A stretch of 64,000 bases of DNA, taken from assembly GCA_043228905.1 (NCBI GenBank), contig JBHGNT010000005.1, positions 23,560,001-23,624,000 of the forward strand. Reading direction: 5' to 3'. This DNA comes from Azolla caroliniana (Eukaryota > Plantae > Polypodiophyta). Both the position numbers and the translations under genes were made by a program. Of the stretch, positions 46,790 through 59,793 are shown piece by piece. Within the stretch, counting starts at the first letter, position 1; every line of letters begins with the position of its first letter. The notes below the pieces were generated by a model. The model did not search any database. It had not been told where the DNA came from and saw nothing but the letters and a program-made list of their open reading frames with translations.

Positions 46790-47410
46790 GAGGATGGGTG
46801 ACTCGAGGGCTCTTCAGAGTCGAATGATTTTAAGCATCAAAATATCGTTAGCGTTGAAGGTTAAGTCAGTGTAGAAGGTAACCTAGAGGCAAAGGCTTTG
46901 CAGACTTGAAGGTAAGTCAAAGTTGATAAGTTAGGGTCGAAGGTGAGTCTGAGTTGAATGCTCTTTAGAGGCAAGGTAGGCCTGAGTCAAATGTAACCCA
47001 TACTTGAAGATAAGTCAGAGACAAATGTAATCTAAAGCCGAAGGTAAATAAGAGTCGAAGGTTTTGTAGAGTCGAATGTGACATAGAGTCGAAGATAAGT
47101 CATAGTCAAATGTAACCCAAAATCGAAGATAAGTTAGAGTCAAATGTAACCCTGAATCAAAGATAGTCAAAGTTGAAGGCTTTGTAGAGTCGAAGGTAGG
47201 TTAAAGTCAAAGATTAGTCAAAGTTGAATGTAATCTAGAGTCGAATATTAGTCATACACGAATGTAACCCGAAATTGAAGATAAATTAGAGTCGAAGGTA
47301 AGTTAGAATCAAAGATTCCTTAGAGTCAAACGTTCCTTAGAATTGAAGGCTTTCTAGAGTCGAAGATTCTTTAGAGTTGATGGATCCTTAGACTTGAAGG
47401 TAGTGATGAG
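46790..47410. repeat. Degenerate ~21-bp tandem array (AGAGTCGAAGGT/AGTCAAATGTAAC)
   Basis: Recurrent AGTCGAAG/AGTCAAA motifs throughout. Confidence 0.65.
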
Positions 47411-49133
47411 CCAAACAACAAATTATGTGCGAGATTAAGATTGAAACATGTAATTAACCCAAAAACCATGAGATTACAAATGGATTTTACAATAATAAGT
47501 AAAAAATTGTTATGTTAAGAAAGATTTCCTTTATAAAATAGGGATTACAACGGTAATAATTTTTTAGAAATAAATCATAAAGTAAGAACCCTAATTATCA
47601 CGAAGAAGAATAAAATAAAACCCTAAGACAACAAGTATGTTGTGGAGAAGAAGAAGAATTGGATAAATAAGTTCATGAGTGGAACTTACAGGGGAAATCC
47701 TCAAGTTTCAATGCAATGTCCCAACAATCGCCCACATCGCCTCTTGTCGATGTTGGTCTTACACACCCTCTTGATTCGCTACTCTATCTTCTTTGTTTCT
47801 CAATCCGCTAGAGCTTCCACGTCTCTCTCTTTCTTCCCCCTCTCACTCTTATTACAAACTCTTCACAATTGAGCTACAACATTTTTATTGTTTTTAAATT
47901 CAACACGTTAAGTGCCCTTCATACCACACCTTAGCTTTATCATTCAACCTTTTTATTATTTATAGTTTAACTTTTTTCCTCCTATGTGCTCCCCACATCA
48001 CGGAAATGTCATATAAAAAGGGCACAAGTTAGTTTTGGTAGACAAGTTTTGAAGAGTAAGAGGGAGAACCTTTAGTATTGAGGAGTTGAGAGATAGCTAA
48101 CCTCCTCCAGTGTAATAATTTAGTTGACTTATTTCATTGGTAACATCAATGTTGTCTATTATTATTTGTTCTTTTAATTCTTTTTGTTTTCATCTTTATA
48201 TAATTGAACTTGTGCAAGGAAGTGTGAGTGGGTTATTGTGAGAGAGTGAGTATGTGCACAATAGAGTGTATTGGACATCAAGTGCATTGAACATTGTGTG
48301 AAATTGAAGGTGTCACAACTAATGAGTGGATAACAAGGAGTGCCATATTGCTTATTTGCACATATAAGATTCCATGACATAGAGTCCCAAATACTTTTCT
48401 TTTACTTTGAAAGGTCTATGTAATTTATAGGTGTGAAAATTATGAAGTACTTGATCTTTCCTAAGAATTTCTCCACATATTTAGTGTGGTGGGTGATTTC
48501 ATCTTGCTTATTACATTTATCGTATATAGGCCAATCATGAATCTTTCATTTGACACAATTTGATCTAGTATAGTCTTTGATTTAACAATGAATGTGTACT
48601 TTTAAGTTTTAGCTTTAACATTTTCTCTTGATTGTGGAAATCTTCATGAAATTTTTAAGGTATTCATCAACAATTTCTTAGAGCATTCTCTAGCCCAAAT
48701 TGTTGGATGAACAAGAGTCTCCTCACACAAGTGTGGTCAATGGAAGAAGTGTTGCATTGAATATTGATTCCTATTATGCATTTGTTCTACCCCAAGTATG
48801 GTATCACAAAACATTTCGATTATCAATTGTTACTCTATCACAAACATATTGTTTATCGATGACATTATGTGGTGTGTGCGAATGTTAGGTTTTATAATAT
48901 TTCTAGATTATGGTTGAAGTAATGACCAAAAGAAGATTAAGTCAATGAAGACCAAGAAGATGTGGTCATTGATTATAGACTCACCACACCAAAACTCAAG
49001 GATTTCCCCCCACTACTCTTTTAATCTTACCTCATATTTTTCTTAATCTTATCACCCTATGTAAAAGGGATTTCTAAAACAAGTAATCCAAAAATTTCTA
49101 TCATAGAGCTAAAATTGACACATAGATTGTAAC

Positions 49134-49783
49134 CATAGATTGACACATGCGTGATATTCATGATATTCTCCATGCGCAATATTCGAGAATATGAAATCGC
49201 CCAAGAATATTAAAAAACCATTCGTTTTGCAAAATAAATATAAAAAATATATTTATTTATTTAAATAAATTTATTTCACCAAAAAAAGAACAATTATTCA
49301 TTAAAGATTATAGTGTCAAGAGAGTTTGCGAAACTTATGTTAATTAATTAATTTTTTAAAAACGAATATTTTTATATTTATTATACAAGTATGATTAGCA
49401 TGAACTTTGAAGATATGATTAGTTTGAAGTACTATTTTTAATGTCAAAATAAAAATATCCATAAATTTTGAGGGAATAAAAAGTGAGAAATTAATGAGCC
49501 TTTATTTTATTTTGTTTATTTATTAAAAATAAAACGAATACTTACAACTTATAAGTTATACATTTATTATAAAAATTTAGTAGTGTCAAGTCCCCAAGTC
49601 TCAAGGCCCTCTTTTCTTATCCCTATTTATTGTCAAGTTGCTTTTTTTTATCCTAGGAAATTAAAACTAAGAGAGTTCTCCTATTTTGGGGGGGGTTTAA
49701 ACGAATACTTGACCACCCATTCGTATTTGTATTCGTTTGCATTCGAATGGGAAACCCAACGAATGCGAATATGTCAATCTATG
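49134..49783. mobile_element. hAT-type MITE
   Basis: TIR CATAGATTGACA / TGTCAATCTATG. 8-bp TSD ATTGTAAC / GTTGTAAC. AT-rich interior. Confidence 0.7.
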
Positions 49784-50289
49784 GTTGTAACTTTATGAGA
49801 TCTATAACTAGTATTCGATTGCAACCCTTCATATTTACATTGTTTTACATGACTATTCTCCTTATCCATTAACAGGTTGGTCCTTGAAAGCATAATTCTC
49901 TACAAAGTTTAACTATTGACACCATTATGTCATTTAGGAAATCACATATGCAAGACTAGAATTGATTGGTTTGCAATAAGTAAATGAAGTTGGGCTTAAT
50001 GAATTATGAGACATTAAAAAAGTGCGAACAAATATCGTGGAGTGAAAAACTTTCTTCATAAATCTTTTGTTTACAAAACTTGTATTGATAACTCCACCTT
50101 GCATTTTTTTATTTTTTATCCCAAAAAAAACACTACTTTGCATGAGTTAGCAAACAAAGTACATCAAAGACCAACAAATTTAAGCAAACCTCACTCTGGC
50201 CTTCTCACCAAAGTGATCATAGTCCCCATCCCCTCATTTACAACCAAAGTATCCCATCAACTCTTTTAACATAGTAATTAAATTGTACC

Positions 50290-51071
50290 ACAACTATACA
50301 TATTTATAGTTCCTGGTCACTAATAGAAGCCATTGGCAGAAACATCCATTTGGGTGCTTGGTAGTTCCATTTAGGCCTTGGCGATGATATGACCACCATA
50401 GGAGAACTACCCTATTTCAGCAGAAACTTTGAACAGGCTCTTTCTGTTGCATCTGATTCCCCCTTAATCGAGTCGTAGTGTCCCCACATCCAAGATACCA
50501 GGTCAAACCAAATATTTAACAACACCCCACCACTTGGGAGGTTTTGCTGTTGAAAAACAAACTTACAACGCCTGGTCCAAATGTGTCAGACCGATAAACA
50601 AGCCACCATCATCCACATCTCCTCAAAAAATGAAGAGTTAGTGCTAGGTCGAACTCTAGCACGTTGAAACACCTTGCCACCCTGCACTATAAATCCATGA
50701 GCATGGGGGTTTAACTATTCCGCCTAACCTTCCCCTGTTAACTTCAGCCCCTGTAAGGACCCCCATACAACTCTCCCATTCACAACGCATGCTGCCACGA
50801 TCTTGAGACTTCTATCCCAAATGTTAATCGCCTTTGCGCAATTCCAAAAAAAATGAGGGATTTATTCCAAAGAGTGTCCACATATCATGCAACCAGCCTC
50901 ACCACCACGACATCTCAACCACTCCTCCACAGGTACCGCTTTATGACTAAGATGCCACAACCAAAGCTTTATTTTTTCTGGCATATCAAACGGCCATAAT
51001 CTGCTCCAAAATGACTTCGACAAGTCATCAGATATGCCTTTATCCCTCCAACTATTTCGAATTTGAGCAGT
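50290..51071 (-). pseudogene. L1-type LINE ORF2 3' fragment (zf-RVT), continuing at 59129-59589
   Basis: The minus strand reads WSRLWPFDMPEKIKLWLWHLSHKAVPVEEWL...CMICGHSLE*IPHFFWNC, the zf-RVT pattern. Confidence 0.75.
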
Positions 51072-51549
51072 TGTTGCCGATTAGGAACACAGTCCGCGGT
51101 CAATCCTTCGACCTAGACCTCCAAGTGGGTGTGGAACAACGAATAGGCGTCTAAGCGTAATGCGCAGGGGAATGTTCCTTGTAACCTATCAACGTATAAG
51201 GGAGACGGCTACAACCGAATCCTTAGCAAAGGTTACACTTACGTTCTTACACGCTTAGGTCTTCAAGATACACATAGTGGATTAGCCGTAACTATACACA
51301 GAGAAGATAGAATTCTATTATGAGACCTTTCTTACATTCCCAAAATTACATGCTTCCTCTGTCAGAGGTTTTCTGCCCTTTATATACGTAGGGTCTATTT
51401 AGCCATTCACGCTTCCTGCGTGAACCGTTACATGCGTTATGATCTTATATTATTTATTATTCCTACGCTCTTGTCCGTCGGTTACTATTCCAACGGACAA
51501 CACCTGGCACGCCTGTGGGACAGTGCCCTGGCACGTCGGACCCATCCCG

Positions 51550-52980
51550 TTAATCCTCTTCCAAAATGGCCCAGATGTTTGGCTCTGCTGCGATGTCCGC
51601 GTTCGGAGGTGAAGTAGGGCCCGTAGGTGCATCGTGGTGTGGCTCCCTTGTTTGGTCGGGTTGGTTTCTCCCGGAGTCACAGTCGCCGTGTGTGGGCGGT
51701 CCGGGTACGGTGGGCTCTTCTTGAGCTAATGGGTTGGGCTCCACCGTTGTCATGCTTGCAATCGGCTGCGGCTTTGCCTCCATTGTTATGTCCTTCGTGG
51801 TGTCGGTCGTTTTTGTACGTTCCGGAGAGTGGGGCAGAGATTCCGCCTAGCCCGCACCGTTCTCCGTGTGGTCTGATGATAGCGTGGGCTCGTGCGGATG
51901 AACCTCCTCTTCTGCAGTGGTTTCGTTGTCTGGTCCTATGGGGGACTCCGCTCGTCGGTCCGCGCTGTTCTCCATGAGCTCAAAAGAAGTGCCGAACAGT
52001 AAGAGGGCGCTGAACTCATGGGCCGTATCCGGGATATCCGGATATGCCAAAACCTCGCTTTCCGTCATCAATACGGCTTTCCCTCGTTGGGACTGGGTCG
52101 TAATGATCAGTCGTGGCTCTCGGATGATTTCGAAGGTGGTATTAGGTTCCATAGCTGCGGAGCCATCGCCTTCGGTCGGTGTTTTTGTCGCCGTGGGAAC
52201 GTTTTTGACCAACCCCCGCCCATCTTTCCTGTCCAATCTACGCCGTTTCAGTCTAGGGCTATCCTGTCGTGTTTCAGTGTCTGGCTCTAGGGCTGCTTCC
52301 ATGGAACGTGCCGGTTGTTCCTCCTGCATTGTCCGTGTGTCTGGCTGGTCGGTAGGTGGTGTTGTCCTTGGGTCAGGCTGGGCGGGTTGGGGTTCCTCTT
52401 CCCACTCTGGAGCCGATAACTCCGCTAACCTGCGCTTCGCGGATCGGGGCGGGGGCATGGGCTGACTGGGCTGCGGGGCCGACAGGCCTCAGGGTGGAAA
52501 TAGTACCGTAAGGTACTGTTGTATGATCGGCCTGAGCTTTTTTCCTGCCTGGTACGCATGCAGGCCTTCCCTTAACGCCGACCCTATGATGATCCCCCAA
52601 TCGACGGCGTGCCCCTCAAAGGTATTGATAATGATGCCTGCCTTCTGCTTAGGCATCCCATATGCGTTGACATGTACGCAGTCGACTTCTAGCAAGAACT
52701 TGGCAACTTCACGAAAGAAGGGATCCGGAATCTGCTTGGTTCTATAGGCCTTGGTGGAGGAGGAATCTGGCCCGAAATATCGTTGCAGCGCCTCTGCAGG
52801 AGGGATGTCGAAATGCCTTTCGCCTAGCGATGACAGGTCCAACTTCTTCCGGATGGAGGAGTTGGTGACCATGTCGATGTTAAGCTTCCTGGCGATGTCC
52901 ATGGCATCCGGGTGTGGGGATGCTTCTGCGAGCGTTTCTCCACGAGCCATCGGCGTAAGGCAGTAGAGATGAAGATCGCC
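51550..52980 (-). pseudogene. Element E extra 3' ORF (lacks the coiled-coil segment present in F)
   Basis: ORFs 52489-52950 and 51847-52458 match F ORFs 62698-63183 and 61544-62221 (YPDIPDT.HEFSALL.FGT). Confidence 0.65.
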
Positions 52981-53344
52981 ATCGCCAGAGGAGGTTCGTG
53001 GGAAGGAGACTGGTGGTTGCAGTGGGTTGTAGTTGTGTGATAGGATGGAGGAGAAGGTGAGGGGGAGGAGCGATGGAAGCGTTGATAGCTTGAAGATGAG
53101 TTTCTGTTTTGTGCAGAAAATCTTCTGTTTCCTTCTTTTTGTGGCTTAGGGTTCATTGGGCGGTGAGCCATCGTGGTGCTGCGTGTTCTTGAACTAGGAG
53201 TTTGTGCATGTCTTTAGTCATTTTAATAGTCGCTATCTTCTCCCTTCTTCTTCTTTTTCAACCTATTTTTACATTATGGTACAAGTGGGGCCACTAATTT
53301 ATGGTGCGGGTTCTCCGGCTTTGTCCTGTTCGGCGGTGAATGGG

Positions 53345-56300
53345 TTAGGTGGCATAGGGCCCAGGTAAGGTTTCAACCGAAACCCATTCACCTTTTGCCA
53401 AACTACTTCCCCGGCCAGCGTACCTAGTTGGAACATGCCTTGTTCCGTTCCAATTATCCAGTATGGGCCGGTCTAGCGGAATCGTAACTTCCCCGGCATA
53501 TGGCCCATGCGAGTTTGGAAAACCAGCATTGCTCGACCCACGGCGAACTCCTTTTCCCTTGTGTTCCAATGTCGATCCACAAACTCTTTACGCCGTCGTT
53601 GTTCCTGTTCCAACATAGCCATGTTGTGGACGCGTTTTTCCCCTAGTTTGAGGAGTTGGTGGAGCCGTACCTCTTCCGACTTGGCTTCTGATAGTCGGTT
53701 CCGTACCTGAATTCGCAAACTAGGTACTTGAAATTCGACCGGCATCACAGCCTCCAGCCCAAACGCTAGTCGAAACGGTGTTGACTGTATGCTTGTTTTG
53801 TAGCTGGTTCTGTACGCCCATAACGCACTTTATAGTTTGGTATCCCAGTCCGTTCTATTTTCATTGATGATTTTCTTCAAATGGTCTACAACGTCTTGTT
53901 GGTGGATTTTGCTAATCCATTCGCTTGCGGATAATATGGCGTACTCTTCTTATGGACTACGGTGTAATGATGTGTTAATTCTCGAACAACCGTATTGAGA
54001 AAGTGGCTCCCCTGGTCACTGATAAGCTCAATCGGACAGCCGAACTGGCATCAGATATGCTCATAAAGGAATCTGGCTGTGACGGCCGCCGTATTTTTAT
54101 GTAGTCCCTTTGCTTCTACCCATTTTGTGCAATAATCCGTGGCTACCAATATGTATTTATTGCCCGTACGGACTGTCGCCGGTGTGAAGGGACCCACAAA
54201 ATCCAATCCCCACTTTAGGAAGGGGTCTACCGGTAACACGGGCTGGTGTGGCATCCTTGCGCTCTCCGCGAGCTGACCCATCCGTTGACACAAATCACAC
54301 TTTCTACAATACTCGGATGCGTCCTTTTGCGTTGTTGGCCACCATAAACCCGCATGCCATACTTTCCGGGCTGTCACGTCGCCCACGTAATGGCCACCTG
54401 CCGTGCCGCAATGTGCCTCCCATAAAACTGCTTCCTTCTCATCCTATCGTACCCCACGTCGCCAATTGCCGTCACTTCCTTTGTGATATAAAACGCCTTC
54501 GACGAGGCAGAAGTGACGGCTTCAGATGGCTAGTCGTTTCTTCTCGTCCGTGCGTAATTTTGTTGGAGCCAGTCCCGTAGTCAAAAAGTACGTCATTTCC
54601 ATAAGCCACCGGTCTGGAAAGGTCGATTCCGTTCTTTCTGCTAGTGTCGCTACCCACAAGATATCGGCGTCCGGAAAATCGTCGTCATCTTTCTGTACTA
54701 TTTCTCCATTCTCGATTCTGCTTAAAAAATTTGCCACTGCGTGTTGCGTCCCTGGTCGGTGTTGGATTACGAAATCGAATTGCTGGAGCAGCAGCATCCA
54801 CCGCACCAATTTCCCTGTCAGGGCTTGTTTCTCCACCAAATACAGTAGCACCGAATGATCCACATGGAACGTGAATTTCCTTCCTAATAAATAGTGCCAG
54901 AATTTATTGATGCTATAGATCATCCCTAGCGCCTCCCGCTCCGTTGTGGAGTAGTTACGCTCTATTGTTGATAATTTGCGACTAGCGTAGTATACTGGCC
55001 GGTACCAACTTGGTTCGGTGAGCTGCATTAGTGCACTTCCTATTGCTATGTCTGAGGCGTCGACGAACACGTGGAATGGCTTCGCCCAAATTGGTGGTTG
55101 TACGATGGGAGCATGTGTGAGCATTATCTTAAGTGCCTCGTAGGCCTTAGCCTCCGTTGCAGTCCATTGGAAAAGAGTCAGATGTACGGCAACGTGTAAC
55201 GGCGTGGTGAAGTCCGCCAAATACCGTATCATCCGACTATGCCACCGTATTTGTCCCAAAAACCGGCTGAGTGATTTGGCGTTTGTCGGAGTGTTGGCTT
55301 GCGTAATCGCGGAGATTTTGTTCGGGTCAACCGCTATTCCCTCCTTGCTGACTATATGGCCCAAGAGAGTCCCGTTGGTCACGCCGAAAGCACATTTCGC
55401 GGGATTCAGGCTTAAGTGTGCGGTGCGGCAACGTTCCAGGCACAGTTGTAAGTGCGAAAAATGGTCTATTGTTCTCCCATATACCGCAAAGTCGTCTAAA
55501 AAAACTTACATGAACGTCGGAATGTATTCCCCAAAGATCTCCGTAATTGTCCGTTGAAATGTTGTCGGCGCCGTTTAGCCCGAACATCATGACGACTGCC
55601 ACATATACTCCCCAGTCCGTGACAAATGCCGTCTTTTCTTGGTCCTTGAGATGCATGCGTACCTGTTTATAGCCACTGAAGCCATCTAAAAAACTGTACA
55701 TCTCATGGCCTGCGACGGAGTCCAGTACGCTATTGGTGAAGGGTAAGGGAAATGCGTCCGTAATGGTGACGGCGTTTAATTTTCGGTAATCTACGCATAC
55801 CCGTATTTTGCCATTTTTCTTTGGAATGACCACTATCGGGCTTAACCATGGCGCTTGTTTAACTGGTCGTATGAACCCCGCCTTCAGGAGCTTGTCAATT
55901 TCTTCTTTCACGCGGTAGCGGCGCTGCTGGACAGGTTTCGCGTCGGTTGCTAAATTGATCTTATGGTGATAGAACTTGGGATCTAACCCCTTCATGTCCT
56001 CGTGAGCCCAAGTGAACACATCCTTATATTTTGTGAGTAGTGCGATCATCGTGTTTCGCTAATCCGGCCTTAATTCCTTTGCGATGGAGAGGAAACGAGG
56101 CTCCGATTCCGAACCCATATTTACTTCCTCAAGGGCGGAAGCAGTGACTCGTCGTGAAATCTCCATTTCCCTTTCGAATGCCGCCTGTGCTCTGTTGAGT
56201 TCCAATATGGACTCTGGGTTTGGTTCGTAAGGCTCGTCGTGGAGAACAGTGGTCGTGGCATATTCTGTCGTTGTTGCGATGACGTCTATTTCAAACAGCG

Positions 56301-58400
56301 GAATAATCCGAGGGTGCTCGTCGAGGTATGTCTCTAATTCTGCATCCTCCACCCCAGCCAGCATATTTATATCTTCTGCGTATAATGGTGTTATACCCTT
56401 CAGTTGTGGCGTGCTTCCTTCCGTAGGTACGCGAACCTTGGTGCGTCCGTGTCGGAAACTAATACACTTGTGTTGCCAGCTCTGCTTGATATTTCCTGCC
56501 CGAAGCCATGGTCTGCCCAGAAGCACTAGGTACACCCCTGGGGCGTCCAAGGTGAGGACGACCGTCGAGATGTCAAATCGTTGTCCGCCCACAATAATGC
56601 CTATTTTGCGAATTAACCCTAATGGTCGTACTGAGCGGGTATCTGCCATTCGGAGCCAGAATGGGCAAGCCTCCCATTCTGAAATGCCTAACTGCTCGCA
56701 AGTTTTCGCGCTAATTACATTGACGCCTGAGCCGTCGTCGATTACGCATCCAGGAATTTCTTGACCGTGTAATATTAATGTAATAGCCAGGTTGTGTTGA
56801 TCCACTACCAGCGGTCCATTGCTAACGTCTGTAAGGTTTGTAGTGATACTCACCCCGGGTATGCCTGTCACCCGTTCTTCCATGGTCTGACGGAAGCGTG
56901 GGACTAGCTGCAGCAGTTTCTCCATGATTAACGTTATCTCACAGCCCGCTAATGCCTGCCAAAAGGGGTCTAGGACCGGTCTTTCGTCCTTTGCTCGCTC
57001 CATTGTGTTCGCGGACTCCTTCCGCATACATTCCGTATTTGTCGCGTTTGTGTTTTCCACCCACGCTTGGGCTTGTCGACGTACCTCGTCTTGCGCAAAC
57101 CAATCAGCCGTTTTTGTTTGCTGGCGTCTCGTGACTTGTTGCACTTCCGTCGTAATCGTATTGACAGCGGGCCCCTTTCCCTTGCGTGCTGGGCATTGCG
57201 TGGCATAATGTCCGGGTTGCTGACAAATAAAACAATGGATGCTTGATTCACCCTTCTCGGCTCCTGGTGGTGTGTGCCGCTCCCCTGGTGCTACTTGCTC
57301 CTCGCGGTCTGGCCTCGTTTGTCGGAACGTACGTTGTGGCTGCTGTTGGTCCCGTCGTTGTTCCTGGTGCCGCTCATCCCCCGAGCTTTCGTCGTTAACG
57401 CCGGTGATCTCGATATTGTTGTGGCTTACCATGATAACCATTGAAGCCACCCCGTTTGTTTGTCTGCCGTTGATTCTCGTAGTGCCGACCCCCTTTGGCG
57501 TAACTCGGATGTCCACGATAATCCTCGTCCTCTGGTTCGTCCTCCTCGGAATCGTTGTGATTTCGGCGATTCCGGTGGTTCCAGTCCTCCCGTGGGTTGC
57601 GATCCTTATACCAGGGTAGGTCTTCTTGCCTCCTTTGTTTAGTCCGGTGTGGTTGACGCTGTGTGTCCATGCTGCGGACTGCGGGAGTGGCTCTGTTTAA
57701 CATATTGTATTTGCATTGGTCGACTGTATGAGCCTTCGAGTTGCAGATTGAGCAGTGGATTCACATATTGCAGTCCACTGCGGAATGCCTCGAGTTCAAG
57801 CAAATCGTGCACTGGATTGCTTGACGAAATTGGCGTTCCTCATCCTGAGGTAACGCTTGTCGTAAGGAGGACATAGAAAACCTTTCCTCCTCGTCATCCA
57901 ACTCGAGCTGTAACGCTCGTTCAATTACCATATCCGTTGTTTCCCCTTTCATGCTATTGTTGTTGAGCATTGCCCGGATGGGCCGGCGTAAAGCTGCCAG
58001 AAATGTTTCCCGAGCCTCGTCTTCCGTAGGGCTCCGTTCCAGTTTCCGTCGTAAATTTTGGAAACGTAAGATGAAGTCCGCTATCGTCTCGGTCGGTAGT
58101 TGCTTAATCGTATAAAACTGTCCAACGATTTCATTTTGTGGAACCCTCTGATGGAAGAATCACAAGAAAGCGGACTGCAGCTGATCGAAGGTTATTATTC
58201 CTGGTAAATACATCTGTGAATGCCAAAACGCCGCTCGCCCATCTAATGTTAACCCGAACTCCGTCATTTTCGACTGGTGTGCTACCGCCTCCGAAAGGCT
58301 CTGCGCCATGTGGTTCGCATTCCAGACATTTAGGAACATGCGAATATGCGTTGCGGCGTCGGTTTCGCCGTTAAAGCGGGGGTAGGCAAAGGCCATGGTG
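53345..58400 (-). pseudogene. Element E gag-pol remnants
   Basis: VIDDGSGVNVI; RVCVDYRKLN; FHVFVDASD; KWGLDFVGP; multiple stops and frameshifts. Confidence 0.9.
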
Positions 58401-59128
58401 GGGGCTACGACGGGTCGGGAAAGACCACCAGGTGGCTGTGGTGAGCGTAGTCCTCGCGTCTCATCGAGGTATTTGGAGAGCGAAGAATCACCTTTGTACT
58501 CACGGCAGGTAGTACTGAGGTTGCTGAGGCGCGGCTTTTGCCGTGCGCATTCTTCTGCCTAGCGTGTGACGGACCTTGTTATTGGTCAGTCTTGTCGTGT
58601 TGGTTCTCTGGGGCGTCTACGGCTAAACATCCATTTGTCGTTGTTCGTCTGTGAGAAGACACAGATCACCGGGCGTGCCAAAAGTGTTGCCGATTAGGAA
58701 CACAGTCCGCAGTCAGTCCTTTGACCTAGACCTCCAAGTGGGTGTGGAACAACGAATAGGCGTCTAAGCGTAATGCGTAGGGGAATGTTCCTTGTAACCT
58801 ATCAGTGTATAAGGGAGACGGCTACAACCGAATCCTTAGCAAAGGTTACACTTACGTTCTTACACGCTTAGGTCTTCAAGATACACATAGTGGATTAGCC
58901 GTAACTATACACAGAGAATCAGAGAAGATAGAATTCTATTATGAGACGTTTCTTACATTCCCAAAATTACACACTTCCTCTGTCAGAGGTTTTCTGCACT
59001 TTATATACGCAGGGTCTATTTAGCCGTTCACGCTTCCAGCGTGAACCGTTACATGCATTATGATCTTATATTATTTCTTATTCCTACACTCTTGTCCGTC
59101 GGTTACTATTCCGGCGGACAACAGCAGT

Positions 59129-59589
59129 GCCCAATGATTTGCCTTCCTAGCTTATTATTGTACTCGAAAAACCTTCCCAGTTTGTTCGTTCCCGGTTTCT
59201 GCCACCACACCTCTAATTTATCCCACTACAAATCACGTAAGGGCTTGTTGTCAAATATCCAAAGTTTACAATAAGTTTCCAACTTCCCTAGGTTCGGGTT
59301 TACTTGCCACTTCTTACCTTCCAACACTGCCACCCGCACTCCCAACCATTGACCCTTGTCTGTCAAAGCACTTAGATTGCCCCACAAACGATACTCATTA
59401 GATGCGCACTTGCCACAAATAATTTGTGCATCACCCTCACCTACAAACCATCCAAACTAGAACCGCCTCCGTCAAAATTCTTCACAAACATGCAATGATC
59501 GGCCTGCGTCTTTTGGTATCCTTGGTCGGTCATGAAGGAGTCGAACTTCCAGTACCATTGCCAGGGAGCTTGCTTCAGCCCGTATAAGC
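59129..59589 (-). pseudogene. Upstream continuation of the LINE fragment
   Basis: Flanks element E beyond its TSD; Trp-rich minus-strand coding bias continuous with 50290-51071. Confidence 0.5.
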
Positions 59590-59793
59590 TAGGGATCGGC
59601 AATGGTTTGGTTTTGGCTTAGCCGGTTTGGCCTTATCCCAGCCAAACCGGCTAAGCCTAAACCGTTTAGGGGTTTTCAAACCTGAACCAAACCAAACCAA
59701 ACCGATCCCTAAACCAGTTTGGGCTAAACCGGTTTATGAACCAGTTTGGGAAACAGCTTGGAAACCGATTTGTAAACCGGTTTGGGAGAAAAC
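59590..59793. mobile_element. Left end of a hAT-type MITE related to 2297-2882, interrupted by element F
   Basis: TAGGGATCGGCAATGGTTTGG terminus and AAACCG/CGGTTT subterminal motifs. Confidence 0.65.

Larger units (their letters stand above)
51072..59123 (-). mobile_element. Gypsy element E (relative of B), degenerate
   Basis: LTRs 51072-51502 / 58685-59123. TSD GCAGT. PBS TGGCACGCCCGGTG at 58667-58680 (minus). gag, PR, RT, RH and IN remnants on the minus strand. Confidence 0.92.

Noticed and set aside
47420-49120. Possible host promoter or gene (AAACCCTA motifs, short ORFs)
   Set aside because: No coherent exon chain or recognisable protein motif.
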